Origin: an uncultured bacterium
Lineage (GTDB): Bacteria > Bacillota > Clostridia > Oscillospirales > Oscillospiraceae
DNA length: 24,000 nt
Direction: 5' to 3'
NCBI GenBank assembly: GCA_949840775.1
Contig: CATKXO010000007.1
Location: 24,744-48,743, forward strand
Made by a program: the position numbers and the translations under genes. Shown in pieces: positions 15,483 through 23,795 of this stretch. Under the pieces are notes generated by a model. The model ran no database searches and was not told where the DNA came from. It saw only the letters and a list, made by a program, of their open reading frames with translations. Numbering within the stretch: the first letter of the stretch is position 1; every line of letters starts with the position of its first letter.

Positions 15483-17570
15483 ATGATGGAGCTGCTTGCC
15501 CCCGCCGGGTCCATGGAGGCGGTGACCGCCGCCGTCCAGAACGGGGCCGGCGCCGTCTATTTTGGATATGGAGATTTCAACGCCCGCCGCGGAGCCCGGA
15601 ACTTCACCCGGGAAGAGGCCGCGGCGGCGGTTTCTTACTGCCATCTCCGGGGGTGCAGGGTGAACCTCACCCTGAACACCCTCCTCACCGACCGGGAGCT
15701 GCCCGCCGCCGCCGAGCTGGCCGCCCACGCCTGCGATATCGGGGTGGACGCGGTTATCGTCCAGGACCTGGGGGTGGTCCGGATGCTCCGCCAGTCGGTC
15801 CCCGACCTGCCCATCCACGGCTCCACCCAGATGACCGTCCACTCCCTGGACGGGGTGAAGCTGTGCGCCGACCTGGGGATGAGCCGGGTGGTGCTGGGCC
15901 GGGAGCTGAGCCGGGACCAGATCGCGTACATCTGCAAGGAGTCCCCCATCGAGATTGAGGTCTTCGGCCACGGGGCCCTGTGCATGTGCTGGTCGGGGCA
16001 GTGCTTTTTCTCCTCCGTCATCGGGGGCCGCAGCGGCAACCGGGGGATGTGCGCCCAGCCCTGCCGCCTGAACTACGGCTGGGGCAGCAAGGCCGGCGAG
16101 TACCCCCTCTCCCTGAAGGACCTGTCCCTGGCCGGGCACCTGAAAGAATTGCAGGACATGGGGGTGGCCTGCCTCAAGTTGGAGGGGAGGATGAAGCGGC
16201 CCGAGTACGTGGCCATCGTCACCGGCATCTACGCCAGAGCCCTGAAGGAGGGCCGTGAGCCCACCGCTGAGGAAGTTGATATTTTAAAGCAGGTCTTTTC
16301 CCGCCAGGGCTTTACCGATGGGTATTTTATGGACCGGAAGGGTCCGGACATGTTCGGCACCCGCCAGGAGGAGAAGGAGCCCCGGGAGCTCTACGCCCAG
16401 GCCCGGGCTACCTATGAGAATAACGCGGAGAACCGGAAGGAGCCGGTGCGGATGTACGCCCTCATCCAGGCTGGCCAGCCCGCCCAGGCGGCGGCGGAGG
16501 ACCGGGAGGGCCGGGTGGTCCGGGTGGAGGGTCAGGTACCCGAGGCGGCCCGGAACGTCCCCCTCACCCGGGACAAGGTGGAGCTCCAGCTCTCCCGCAC
16601 CGGGGGCACCCCCTTCCAGTGCGAAAAGGCCACCGCCAAAGTGGAGGAGGGCCTGGCCCTCCCCCTGTCCGCCCTCAACGATCTGCGGCGGCGGGTGCTG
16701 GAGGAGCTGGTGAAGGAGCGGCAGAAGCCCCCCCAGCGCCGCAAGGGCAAATACCAGCCCGGCGTCCGCTATGAGAATCAGGAGGAGCCCCCGGTGTTCA
16801 CCGTGTCCCTGCGGACCGCCTCCCAGCTTAGCGCCGAGCTGTTGAAGTTAAAGCCCGCCCTGATTTACCTCCCGGCGAACGAGGGCGCCGCCCATCCGGA
16901 GGCGGTGAAGCGGTGTATGCAGGCGGGGGTGCCTGTGGCCGCTTCCCTGCCCCGCATCTGCACCGACAGGGAGCTGCCCCAGCTGGAGCGGGACCTGATC
17001 GCCCTGGGGGAGCTGGGCGTGGAGGAGGCCCTGGCCGGCACCTGGGGAATGGTCCGCCGGGCCATGCAGCTAGGCTTTTCCGTCCGGGGGGACTACGGCC
17101 TGGGGGTGTACAACAGCCAGACCATGAAGGAGCTGAAACGGCTGGGCCTCGTCGGGGCCACCGTGTCCTTTGAGATGAAGTTCCCCCAAATTCGGGACCT
17201 GTCCAAAACAATCCCCGCCGAGTTTATCGCCTACGGCCGCCTGCCCCTGATGATTACCGAGAACTGCATCATTTACAACCACTGCGGCCGCCATACCTGC
17301 GGCAATGTGAACCTGCTCACCGACCGGAAGGGGGAGCGCTTCCCCGTGGTCAAGGCCTGGGGCTGCCGGAATGAGATTCTCAACTCCAAAAAGGTGTTCC
17401 TGGCGGACAAGCAGGCCGACTGGCAGCGCCTGGGCCTGTGGGGGGCCCGGCTGATGTTCACCACCGAAAACGCTTTGGAGTGCGCCCAGGTGCTGGAGCG
17501 GTACTTAAACAGGGGCAAGTACCAGCCCAACGACTTTACACGGGGGCTGTACTACCGGGATGTGGAGTAA
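15483..17570 (+). CDS. U32 family peptidase (RlhA/YrrO-like)
   Basis: 'ELLAPAGSMEAVTAAVQNGAGAVYFG', 'QDLGVVRMLRQSVPDLPIHGSTQMTVHS' and 'EVFGHGALCMCWSGQCFFSSVIGGRSGNRGMCAQPCR'. ATG 15483 preferred over the listed 15477. Confidence 0.93.
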   Translation: MMELLAPAGSMEAVTAAVQNGAGAVYFGYGDFNARRGARNFTREEAAAAVSYCHLRGCRVNLTLNTLLTDRELPAAAELAAHACDIGVDAVIVQDLGVVRMLRQSVPDLPIHGSTQMTVHSLDGVKLCADLGMSRVVLGRELSRDQIAYICKESPIEIEVFGHGALCMCWSGQCFFSSVIGGRSGNRGMCAQPCRLNYGWGSKAGEYPLSLKDLSLAGHLKELQDMGVACLKLEGRMKRPEYVAIVTGIYARALKEGREPTAEEVDILKQVFSRQGFTDGYFMDRKGPDMFGTRQEEKEPRELYAQARATYENNAENRKEPVRMYALIQAGQPAQAAAEDREGRVVRVEGQVPEAARNVPLTRDKVELQLSRTGGTPFQCEKATAKVEEGLALPLSALNDLRRRVLEELVKERQKPPQRRKGKYQPGVRYENQEEPPVFTVSLRTASQLSAELLKLKPALIYLPANEGAAHPEAVKRCMQAGVPVAASLPRICTDRELPQLERDLIALGELGVEEALAGTWGMVRRAMQLGFSVRGDYGLGVYNSQTMKELKRLGLVGATVSFEMKFPQIRDLSKTIPAEFIAYGRLPLMITENCIIYNHCGRHTCGNVNLLTDRKGERFPVVKAWGCRNEILNSKKVFLADKQADWQRLGLWGARLMFTTENALECAQVLERYLNRGKYQPNDFTRGLYYRDVE

Positions 17571-17583
17571 TATAAGGCCATAA

Positions 17584-17717
17584 GGCCCCCTTCGCAAAGG
17601 GGGCTGTCAGCGAAGCTGACTGGGGGTTTTCTCCTCATGAAAACAGATGCGTTTTGATATGAGAAAACCCTCCATCATTTGCTCCGCAAATGCCACCTCC
17701 CTTTGCGAAGGGAGGCT
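17584..17717 (+). repeat. Imperfect palindromic leader repeat, copy A (134 nt)
   Basis: ggcccccttcgcaaagggggctgtcagcgaagctgactgggggttttct ... gagaaaaccctccatcatttgctccgcaaatgccacctccctttgcgaagggaggct. The right arm is a diverged reverse complement of the left. Confidence 0.9.
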
Positions 17718-17742
17718 GTTCTGCGGGGAAAGGAGACGCTCC

Positions 17743-18867
17743 ATGCTCAGCCGCCAAAAACTCTTCTGGCTCAGCCGGGCGTACGGCCTGCCCGGCTCTG
17801 ACGCCCGCTTTCTCCGGGCCGTCCGGGACAACTGCGCCTATCATATAAAGCACTGCCCCGAATACCGGCTGATCTGCCGGGCGGAGGGCTTTTCTCCCGA
17901 CTGTCTGGAGACGATAGACGACCTGGCCAGGCTCCCCGTCCTGCCCACCCTGTTCTTCAAGCGGCACCACGTCTCCTCCATGCCGGAGTGGAGAATGGCC
18001 ATGAAGGTGACCTCCTCGGGCACCAGCGGCAGCTTCAGCCGGGTGGGGTTCGACTGGGGCTGCGTCTTCGCGGAGATTCCCATGGTGCTCCGGCTGGGCT
18101 TTTACCACAGGCTGGTCTCCCCTGTCCCCGCCCGCTATGTAATCCTGGGCTACAAGCCGGGAAAGCAGGACAAAATGGGGGTGGCCCGGACCATGTTCGG
18201 CGTGACCCACTTCGCCCCGCCGGTGGGCCGGTTTTACGCTTTGAAGTGGAAGGACGGGGCCTATGTCCCCGACCTGGACGGGGCGGTGAGAACCCTGTCC
18301 CGGTGGGGCCGGTTTCCCCTGCCGGTGCGCATTGTGGCCTTCCCCTCCTATCTGTGGTTTGGGATGGAGCGGATGGAGGAGCTGGGCCTGTCGGTATGCC
18401 TGCCCAGGGGCTCTAAAATCCTCCTGGCCGGGGGCTGGAAGCAGCACTACGCCCAGGAGGTGGACAAACCCCGCCTCTACGCCCTGGCCCGGAAGGTGCT
18501 GGGGGTGGAGGAGGAGCACATCCACGAGTTCTTCGGGGCGGTGGAACACCCCGTCTTCTTCAACACCTGCAAAAAACACCACTTTCACATCCCGGCCTAT
18601 GCCCGGGTCATCATCCGGGATGTGCGCACCTTAAAGCCCCTGCCCATGGGAGAGGTGGGGCTGGTGAATCTCATCACCCCCCTCATCAACGCCACCCCGG
18701 TGACCAGCGTCATGACCGACGATCTGGGCTGTCTCACCCCCGGAGAGGACTGCGGCTGCGGGCTGAGCTCCCCCTACCTCACCATCCTGGGCCGGGCGGG
18801 GCTGAACGACATCACCACCTGCGCGGCGGGGGCCGCGGAGCTACTGGGAAAGGGGGAGGCATTTTGA
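17743..18867 (+). CDS. Acyl-protein synthetase, LuxE family
   Basis: 374 aa from ATG 17743 (RBS aaaggag). LuxE-like 'MKVTSSGTSG', 'FGAVEHPVFFNTCKKHHFHIPAYARVIIRD' and 'GEVGLVNLITPLINATPVTSVMTDDLG'. The listed 17647 start reads through the repeat. Confidence 0.85.
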   Translation: MLSRQKLFWLSRAYGLPGSDARFLRAVRDNCAYHIKHCPEYRLICRAEGFSPDCLETIDDLARLPVLPTLFFKRHHVSSMPEWRMAMKVTSSGTSGSFSRVGFDWGCVFAEIPMVLRLGFYHRLVSPVPARYVILGYKPGKQDKMGVARTMFGVTHFAPPVGRFYALKWKDGAYVPDLDGAVRTLSRWGRFPLPVRIVAFPSYLWFGMERMEELGLSVCLPRGSKILLAGGWKQHYAQEVDKPRLYALARKVLGVEEEHIHEFFGAVEHPVFFNTCKKHHFHIPAYARVIIRDVRTLKPLPMGEVGLVNLITPLINATPVTSVMTDDLGCLTPGEDCGCGLSSPYLTILGRAGLNDITTCAAGAAELLGKGEAF

Positions 18868-20126
18868 TTTTTGCCGGCGGAAAGATTCTCCCCGACTCAG
18901 AGCGGAGCGCCGTTCTGGGCCGCCTGGAGGAGGACATCTCCCAGACCCTCGGCGGCCCGCCCCTGGCGGCGGAGACCGTCCTGGACGCCCTGGAGACCCT
19001 GGCCGCGGAGCTGGACAGCGGCGCGCTGGACGGCCTCATCGCCCGATACGCCCCGCCGGGAGCCCGGGAGGAGCTGGACCGGGTCCGCCCCCAGATCAGC
19101 CGGAAAACCCTGGAGGACCGGCTGAGCCTAGAGCTGGGGGGCCTGGGCGGCCCCCGGCCCTTCGGCCGGGCGGAGGTCCGCCCCCTGGGGGTACTCCTCC
19201 ACATCGCGCCGGGGAATATGGCGGGCCTGCCCGCCTTCACCGCCGTGGAGGGCCTGCTCACCGGCAACCTCAACCTGGTCAAGCTGCCCCACGGGGATAA
19301 GGGCCTCACGTTGGCGGTGTTCCAAAAGCTGACGGAGCTGGAGCCCCGGCTGGCCCCCTGGCTATACGCCTTTGATGTCCCCTCCAGGGACACCGCGTCC
19401 CTGAAACGTCTGGCCGCTCTGGCCGGCGGTATCGTCACCTGGGGCGGGGACGGGGCGATTACGGCCATGCGGAAGCTGGCCCCGCCCGGCTGCAAGCTGA
19501 TCGAATGGGGCCACCGGCTCAGCTTTGCCTACCTGTCCGATTGGGCGGGGCTGGACCTGTCCCCCCTGGCCCGCCACATCCTCCGCACCGGCGGGCTGCT
19601 GTGCTCCTCCTGCCAGGTGATTTACCTTGATACGGAGTATCTGGCCGTCGGGGAAAAATTCTGCAAGGACTTTTTGCCCGTGTTGGAGCGGGCCGCCGCA
19701 TCCCGCTATCAGGCCCCCGGACAGGCGGCTCAGGGGGCCCTCTACACCCGGGAAGCGCTCCTGGAGCAGATTGTGGACCGGGCGGCCTCCGACGACCTGG
19801 TCTTTGCCGGCCGGTGCTGCTCCCTGGTGCTGCGGCGGGACATGGAGCTGGAGCTGTCCCACCTCCACGGCAATGTGCTGGTGAAGCGCCTGCCCCGCAA
19901 GGACCTCCTGCCCGTTCTGGGGCGGCAGCGGGGGCGGCTCCAGACGGCGGGCCTCCTCTGCCCCGAACGGTTGCGGGAGGAGCTGGCCGCCCTGCTGGCC
20001 CGGGCGGGTGTCAACCGGATCACCGCCCCCGGCCGCATGTCGGACGCGTTCCTCCAGGAGGCCCACGACGGGGAGTACCCCCTGCGCCGGTATGTGCGGG
20101 TTGTGGACGTGGAAAATAATTTTTGA
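18864..20126 (+). CDS. Acyl-CoA reductase, LuxC family
   Basis: TTG start overlapping the luxE-like stop (TTGA), RBS ggggagg. 'GVLLHIAPGNMAGLPAFTAVEGLLTGNLNLVKLP' and 'GGLLCSSCQVIYLD' are LuxC-like. Confidence 0.9.
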   Translation: MIFAGGKILPDSERSAVLGRLEEDISQTLGGPPLAAETVLDALETLAAELDSGALDGLIARYAPPGAREELDRVRPQISRKTLEDRLSLELGGLGGPRPFGRAEVRPLGVLLHIAPGNMAGLPAFTAVEGLLTGNLNLVKLPHGDKGLTLAVFQKLTELEPRLAPWLYAFDVPSRDTASLKRLAALAGGIVTWGGDGAITAMRKLAPPGCKLIEWGHRLSFAYLSDWAGLDLSPLARHILRTGGLLCSSCQVIYLDTEYLAVGEKFCKDFLPVLERAAASRYQAPGQAAQGALYTREALLEQIVDRAASDDLVFAGRCCSLVLRRDMELELSHLHGNVLVKRLPRKDLLPVLGRQRGRLQTAGLLCPERLREELAALLARAGVNRITAPGRMSDAFLQEAHDGEYPLRRYVRVVDVENNF

Positions 20127-20138
20127 GGAGTTTACAAT

Positions 20139-20588
20139 ATGGACTTGAAAATCAAGGCAGTTTCCCCTAAAATCGGAAAGGAAATCCCCCTGCCCTTCTA
20201 CGCCACCCCCGGCTCGGCGGCCATGGACCTCCACGCCTGCCTGGACGAAGCGGTGACCATCCCTGCCGGCGGACGGCGGCCCATCCCCACCGGCATCGCC
20301 ATCGCCCTGCCCTCGGCGGACTATGTGGCCCTGGTCTACGCCCGCAGCGGGCTGGCTGTCAAGCTCGGCGTGGCCCCCGCCAACTGCGTGGGGGTGATCG
20401 ACAGCGATTACAGGGGTGAAATACTGGTGGGCCTTCAAAACTCCGGGGAATCGGATTTCACCGTCCGGCCCGGCGACCGCATCGCCCAGCTGATGATTAC
20501 CCCGGTGGTCCGGGCCAGCCTCCAGATGGTGGACGAGCTGGACGGCACCGCCCGGGGCGCGGGGGGATTCGGGTCCACGGGAACTTAA
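20139..20588 (+). CDS. dut: Deoxyuridine 5'-triphosphate nucleotidohydrolase
   Basis: 'PGSAAMDLHAC', 'YARSGLAVKLGV', 'GVIDSDYRGEI', 'GDRIAQLMI' and 'RGAGGFGSTG', i.e. all five trimeric dUTPase motifs. Confidence 0.97.
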   Translation: MDLKIKAVSPKIGKEIPLPFYATPGSAAMDLHACLDEAVTIPAGGRRPIPTGIAIALPSADYVALVYARSGLAVKLGVAPANCVGVIDSDYRGEILVGLQNSGESDFTVRPGDRIAQLMITPVVRASLQMVDELDGTARGAGGFGSTGT

Positions 20589-20590
20589 AA

Positions 20591-20720
20591 GGCCCCCTTC
20601 GCAAAGGGGGCTGTCAGCGGAGCTGACTGGGGGTTTTCTCAGCGAAAGCCGCTGGTGTGAAGATAGAAAACCCTCCGTCATCCGCTTCGTGGATGCCACC
20701 TCCCTTTGCGAAGGGAGGCT
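20591..20720 (+). repeat. Imperfect palindromic leader repeat, copy B (130 nt)
   Basis: Same left core ggcccccttcgcaaagggggctgtcagcg(g/a)agctgactgggggttttctc and right core agaaaaccctcc...cctccctttgcgaagggaggct. Confidence 0.9.
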
Positions 20721-20739
20721 TTAGAGGAGGTACAACCAT

Positions 20740-21591
20740 ATGTTCGGTTTATTCAAGAGCAAGGGAGAAAAGCCCGAGGAGCAGGCGCGGAAACAGCCCT
20801 CTGAGACTCCCGTGAACAAGCAGTTCAAAGAGCTGGCCGCCCAGTTTCTGCCCGAGGAGCTGACCATCCTGGCCGTCACCGGGGCCAACGGCTTTGGCGG
20901 GGGCAAGACCAGGGGCGAAACGCTGTGGACGGCCAGCATCGGCCTCACCGCCTGGATGGAGGAGGACAGCCCCGACATCCACCGGGGGAAATTTGTCCTG
21001 TCCACCATCGCGGACGACAGGCTGCTGGGCGTTCTCCGCCAGCGGGCCCGGTCGGACTTCATCATCAAGTTCCGGGGCCGGGTGTCGGAAAACGGCCAGC
21101 GCCTGCTGCTGCTGGACCTGCCCGAGCCGGCCTTCGACCCCGACCTGAAGGCCATTCTGGAGGAAGAAAAAAAGCCGGTCACCTTCCAGGAGGAGGGGCT
21201 GGGCGCCTTTACCCTCAACCGCCAGGTGGACTGGTTTGAGACCACGGTGGACTGGCTTGGGACGGAGATTTCCCTGGTCTTCGACGCGGAGGAAGACCGG
21301 GCGGGCTGCATCCAAAACGCCAAAGCGGTGCTGGCTGCCGCCGGGGACTGGGACCGGCGGGTGCGGGAGTACGCCGCCGGTGAGCTGCTGTCTTCCGCCA
21401 ACGACTGGGCGGAGGATGAGGAGATCACCAGGGAGCAGTTTATGGAGCGGATGGAGCTGGAATCCATCGAGGTCCGGGCGGACGGCGGATTCGACTTCTG
21501 GTTTGGAGACGGCGACCTGTTCTACGGCCACTCCATCCACGTCTCCGGAGATATGGAAAACGGCCCGGACGACGCAGAGATGGAGGGTTAA
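20740..21591 (+). CDS. DUF2262-like domain protein
   Basis: C-terminal 'GFDFWFGDGDLFYGHSIHVSGDMENGPDDAEMEG' recalls DUF2262. RBS gaggagg directly after repeat B. Confidence 0.65.
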   Translation: MFGLFKSKGEKPEEQARKQPSETPVNKQFKELAAQFLPEELTILAVTGANGFGGGKTRGETLWTASIGLTAWMEEDSPDIHRGKFVLSTIADDRLLGVLRQRARSDFIIKFRGRVSENGQRLLLLDLPEPAFDPDLKAILEEEKKPVTFQEEGLGAFTLNRQVDWFETTVDWLGTEISLVFDAEEDRAGCIQNAKAVLAAAGDWDRRVREYAAGELLSSANDWAEDEEITREQFMERMELESIEVRADGGFDFWFGDGDLFYGHSIHVSGDMENGPDDAEMEG

Positions 21592-21836
21592 TCCCCCAGG
21601 GCCTCCAGCATCAGACCGGCGCCGGTGAGAAAACCGGAGCGGAAGTATTGATAATTTTGCAGCACATCCTCATCCGCTTTCAGGTCAAACAGATGGTTCA
21701 CAAAGTCGATACCGAATACTGCTTGAACCTTTTCCATTTCAGCGGATATTTGACTGCATAATTTCTGTTGCTTTTTACTCCGTTCCGGGGTAATATCGTA
21801 ATCGCCGCTGAATAATTGATACAGGATATCTTCCAT
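21588..21836 (-). CDS. Small DUF6809-like protein (82 aa)
   Basis: 'MEDILYQLFSGDYDITPERSKKQQKL...FRSGFLTGAGLMLEAL'. Pattern-level recognition. Confidence 0.6.
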   Translation of the reverse strand: MEDILYQLFSGDYDITPERSKKQQKLCSQISAEMEKVQAVFGIDFVNHLFDLKADEDVLQNYQYFRSGFLTGAGLMLEALGD

Positions 21837-21852
21837 TTTATTCCCTCCGATC

Positions 21853-21901
21853 CCTCAGTAAAGCTGAGGTTTATTATACTCAGTTTTACTGAGCTTGTCA
21901 A
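21853..21901 (-). promoter_or_regulatory. Perfect-consensus sigmaA promoter with two operator-like dyads
   Basis: TTGACA (21901-21896), 17 nt, TATAAT (21878-21873). Dyads CCTCAG-TAAAG-CTGAGG (21853-21869) and CTCAG-TTTTA-CTGAG (21879-21893). Confidence 0.75.
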
Positions 21902-21912
21902 GGGGTGTTTCT

Positions 21913-22161
21913 ATGTTTTCTAAAGAACTCTTCGGACAACGTGTCCTGGAACAACGGAAAAAACATGGAGAGACCCAAAAGGAGCTGGCGCATGTTGTGG
22001 GTGTTGGAGATACACAGATCATCGGTATTGAGCATGGACGCAATACAACTACCGCCGAGCGCATCGCCCTGATCTGCGAGCACTACCATGTCTCCGCCGA
22101 CTATCTCCTGGGACTGACCGACGACCCGGAGCCGAAGTATCAAGCGGAGGCGGAAGGATAA
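21913..22161 (+). CDS. Cro/C1-type HTH transcriptional regulator
   Basis: 'MFSKELFGQRVLEQRKKHGETQKELAHVVGVGDTQIIGIEHGRNTTTAERIALICEHYHVSADYLLGLTD' is a classical HTH_3. ATG 21913 preferred over the listed 21895. Confidence 0.92.
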   Translation: MFSKELFGQRVLEQRKKHGETQKELAHVVGVGDTQIIGIEHGRNTTTAERIALICEHYHVSADYLLGLTDDPEPKYQAEAEG

Positions 22162-22167
22162 GGAAAA

Positions 22168-22299
22168 GGCCCCCTTCGCAAAGGGGGCTGTCAGCGAAGC
22201 TGACTGGGGGTTTTCTCAACAAAAGCCGTTGCCGTGAAGAGAGAAAACCCTCCACCGCCGCCTTCGGCGGCGGTCCCCCTCCCTTTGCGAAGGGAGGCT
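22168..22299 (+). repeat. Imperfect palindromic leader repeat, copy C (132 nt)
   Basis: Same left and right cores as copies A and B, with a different middle (ccgccgccttcggcggcgg hairpin). Confidence 0.9.
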
Positions 22300-22342
22300 T
22301 TTCCCTGCGGGGGACGAGAGAGCACGTTAACGAGGTGTTTCT

Positions 22343-22951
22343 ATGAAAATCATCCTGGCCTCCCAATCACCCCGGCGGCGGGAGCTGCTGGAGCGGATGG
22401 GGATTACGGATTTTAAAATCATCCCGGCCCGGGAGGAGGAGGTGGCCACCCGCACCCTCACCCCCGACCAGCTGGTGGAGGAGCTGTCCCGGCGCAAGTG
22501 CGCCGAGGTGGCGGCCGCCCATCCGGAGGCCTTGGTGATTGCCGCCGACACCATGGTGGCCATCAACAACCGGGTGCTGGGCAAGCCCCGCACCGAGGAG
22601 GACGCGGCCCGGATGCTGGCCGCCCTGTCAGGCCGGCTGCACGTTGTATACACCGGCGTGACGGTGTCCCAGGGGGGAAAGACGCTGACCCAGCACGAGA
22701 TGACCTCCGTCCGCTTCCGCACCCTGACCCAGGCGGATATCATCCGCTACATCGCCACTGGCGAGCCCATGGACAAGGCGGGGGCCTACGGCATCCAGGG
22801 CTACGGCTCGGTGCTGGTGGAGGGCATTTCGGGAGATTACTACAATGTGATGGGCCTGCCGGTGTGCCGGCTGGCCCGGATGCTGGCCCGGTTCGGGGTG
22901 GACCCCCTGGCCCTGGCCGTTGAGAAGACCCAGAAGGAGCAAGAGACGTGA
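22343..22951 (+). CDS. maf: Maf family nucleoside triphosphate pyrophosphatase
   Basis: 'ILASQSPRRRELL', 'VIAADTMVAINNRVLGKP' and 'GAYGIQGYGSVLVEGISGDYYNVMGLP'. Confidence 0.95.
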   Translation: MKIILASQSPRRRELLERMGITDFKIIPAREEEVATRTLTPDQLVEELSRRKCAEVAAAHPEALVIAADTMVAINNRVLGKPRTEEDAARMLAALSGRLHVVYTGVTVSQGGKTLTQHEMTSVRFRTLTQADIIRYIATGEPMDKAGAYGIQGYGSVLVEGISGDYYNVMGLPVCRLARMLARFGVDPLALAVEKTQKEQET

Positions 22952-23790
22952 AGGATTTTTTCCGGCAAAACGGAATACTGCTGCTGGTCATCGCCTTTCT
23001 GCTGTCCGTCCTCATCGGAGTGCTCTCCTTTGTGATGGGCGGCCAGGCCGACCCCCTGTCCAACCTGGTCAACACCGTGGTTTCCCCGGTGCGCAGCGGC
23101 GTGTCCGCCGCCGCCGACTGGCTGGAGGGGGTATACGGCTACGTCTTCCGCTACGGCGACATGGAGCAGGAGCTCAGCGGCCTGCGCGCCCAGGTGCGGG
23201 AGCTGGAGGAGAAGGAGCGCCAGTGGGAGGAGGCCATCCGGGAGAACGAGCAGCTGCGCCAGCTGCTGGACCTTCAGGCCCGGCGGCGGGACTTTGTCTT
23301 TGAGGCGGCCAAGGTGACTGGCCGGTCCACCTTCAACTGGGAGTCCACCCTCACCCTGAGCAAGGGCTCCGACCACGGCATTGAGGCGGGGGACTGCGTC
23401 ATCACCGAGACGGGGGTGCTGGTGGGCATTGTCGCGGAGACGGGGATCAACTGGTCCACCGTGTCCACCGTCATCAACACCGGCACCGCAATCGGCGGCA
23501 TCATCACCCGCACCTACTCCGCCGGTGTGCTGGAGGGGGACTTTGCCCTGATGAACCAGGGCAGGCTGAAGCTGAACTACCTGCCCGAGGGGGCCCAGCT
23601 GGTGTCCGGGGATGAGGTGCTCACCTCCGGGCGGGGAGACATGTTCCCCTCCGGTCTGCCCGTGGGCCAGGTGGAGGGCGTGTTTACCGACCCCTCCGGC
23701 CAGACCCGCTACGCGGTGGTAAAACCCTCCGTCACCCTGGACACCCTGATCGAGGTGTTTGTAATCAAGGATTTTGAGATTGTGGAATAG
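22948..23790 (+). CDS. mreC: Rod shape-determining protein MreC
   Basis: N-terminal TM helix, coiled coil, then 'GRSTFNWESTLTLSKGSDHGIEAGDCVITETGVLVGIV'. GTG start overlapping maf. Confidence 0.93.
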   Translation: MKDFFRQNGILLLVIAFLLSVLIGVLSFVMGGQADPLSNLVNTVVSPVRSGVSAAADWLEGVYGYVFRYGDMEQELSGLRAQVRELEEKERQWEEAIRENEQLRQLLDLQARRRDFVFEAAKVTGRSTFNWESTLTLSKGSDHGIEAGDCVITETGVLVGIVAETGINWSTVSTVINTGTAIGGIITRTYSAGVLEGDFALMNQGRLKLNYLPEGAQLVSGDEVLTSGRGDMFPSGLPVGQVEGVFTDPSGQTRYAVVKPSVTLDTLIEVFVIKDFEIVE

Positions 23791-23795
23791 TGATT

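Noticed and set aside
17647-17742. N-terminal extension of the LuxE-like ORF
   Set aside because: These codons come from repeat A. A proper RBS and ATG exist at 17743 and LuxE-like sequence starts there.
19362-20699. 445-aa minus-strand ORF opposite luxC/dut
   Set aside because: Antisense to two confidently identified genes and runs through repeat B. Compositional artefact.
20839-20874. ATP-binding (Walker A-like) motif in the DUF2262-like protein (AVTGANGFGGGKT)
   Set aside because: Looks superficially like a P-loop but lacks Walker B and the spacing is wrong. Treated as chance.
17584-22299. CRISPR array from recurring repeats
   Set aside because: Repeat copies are 2-3 kb or more apart with genes between them and no short regular spacers. 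No cas genes are present.
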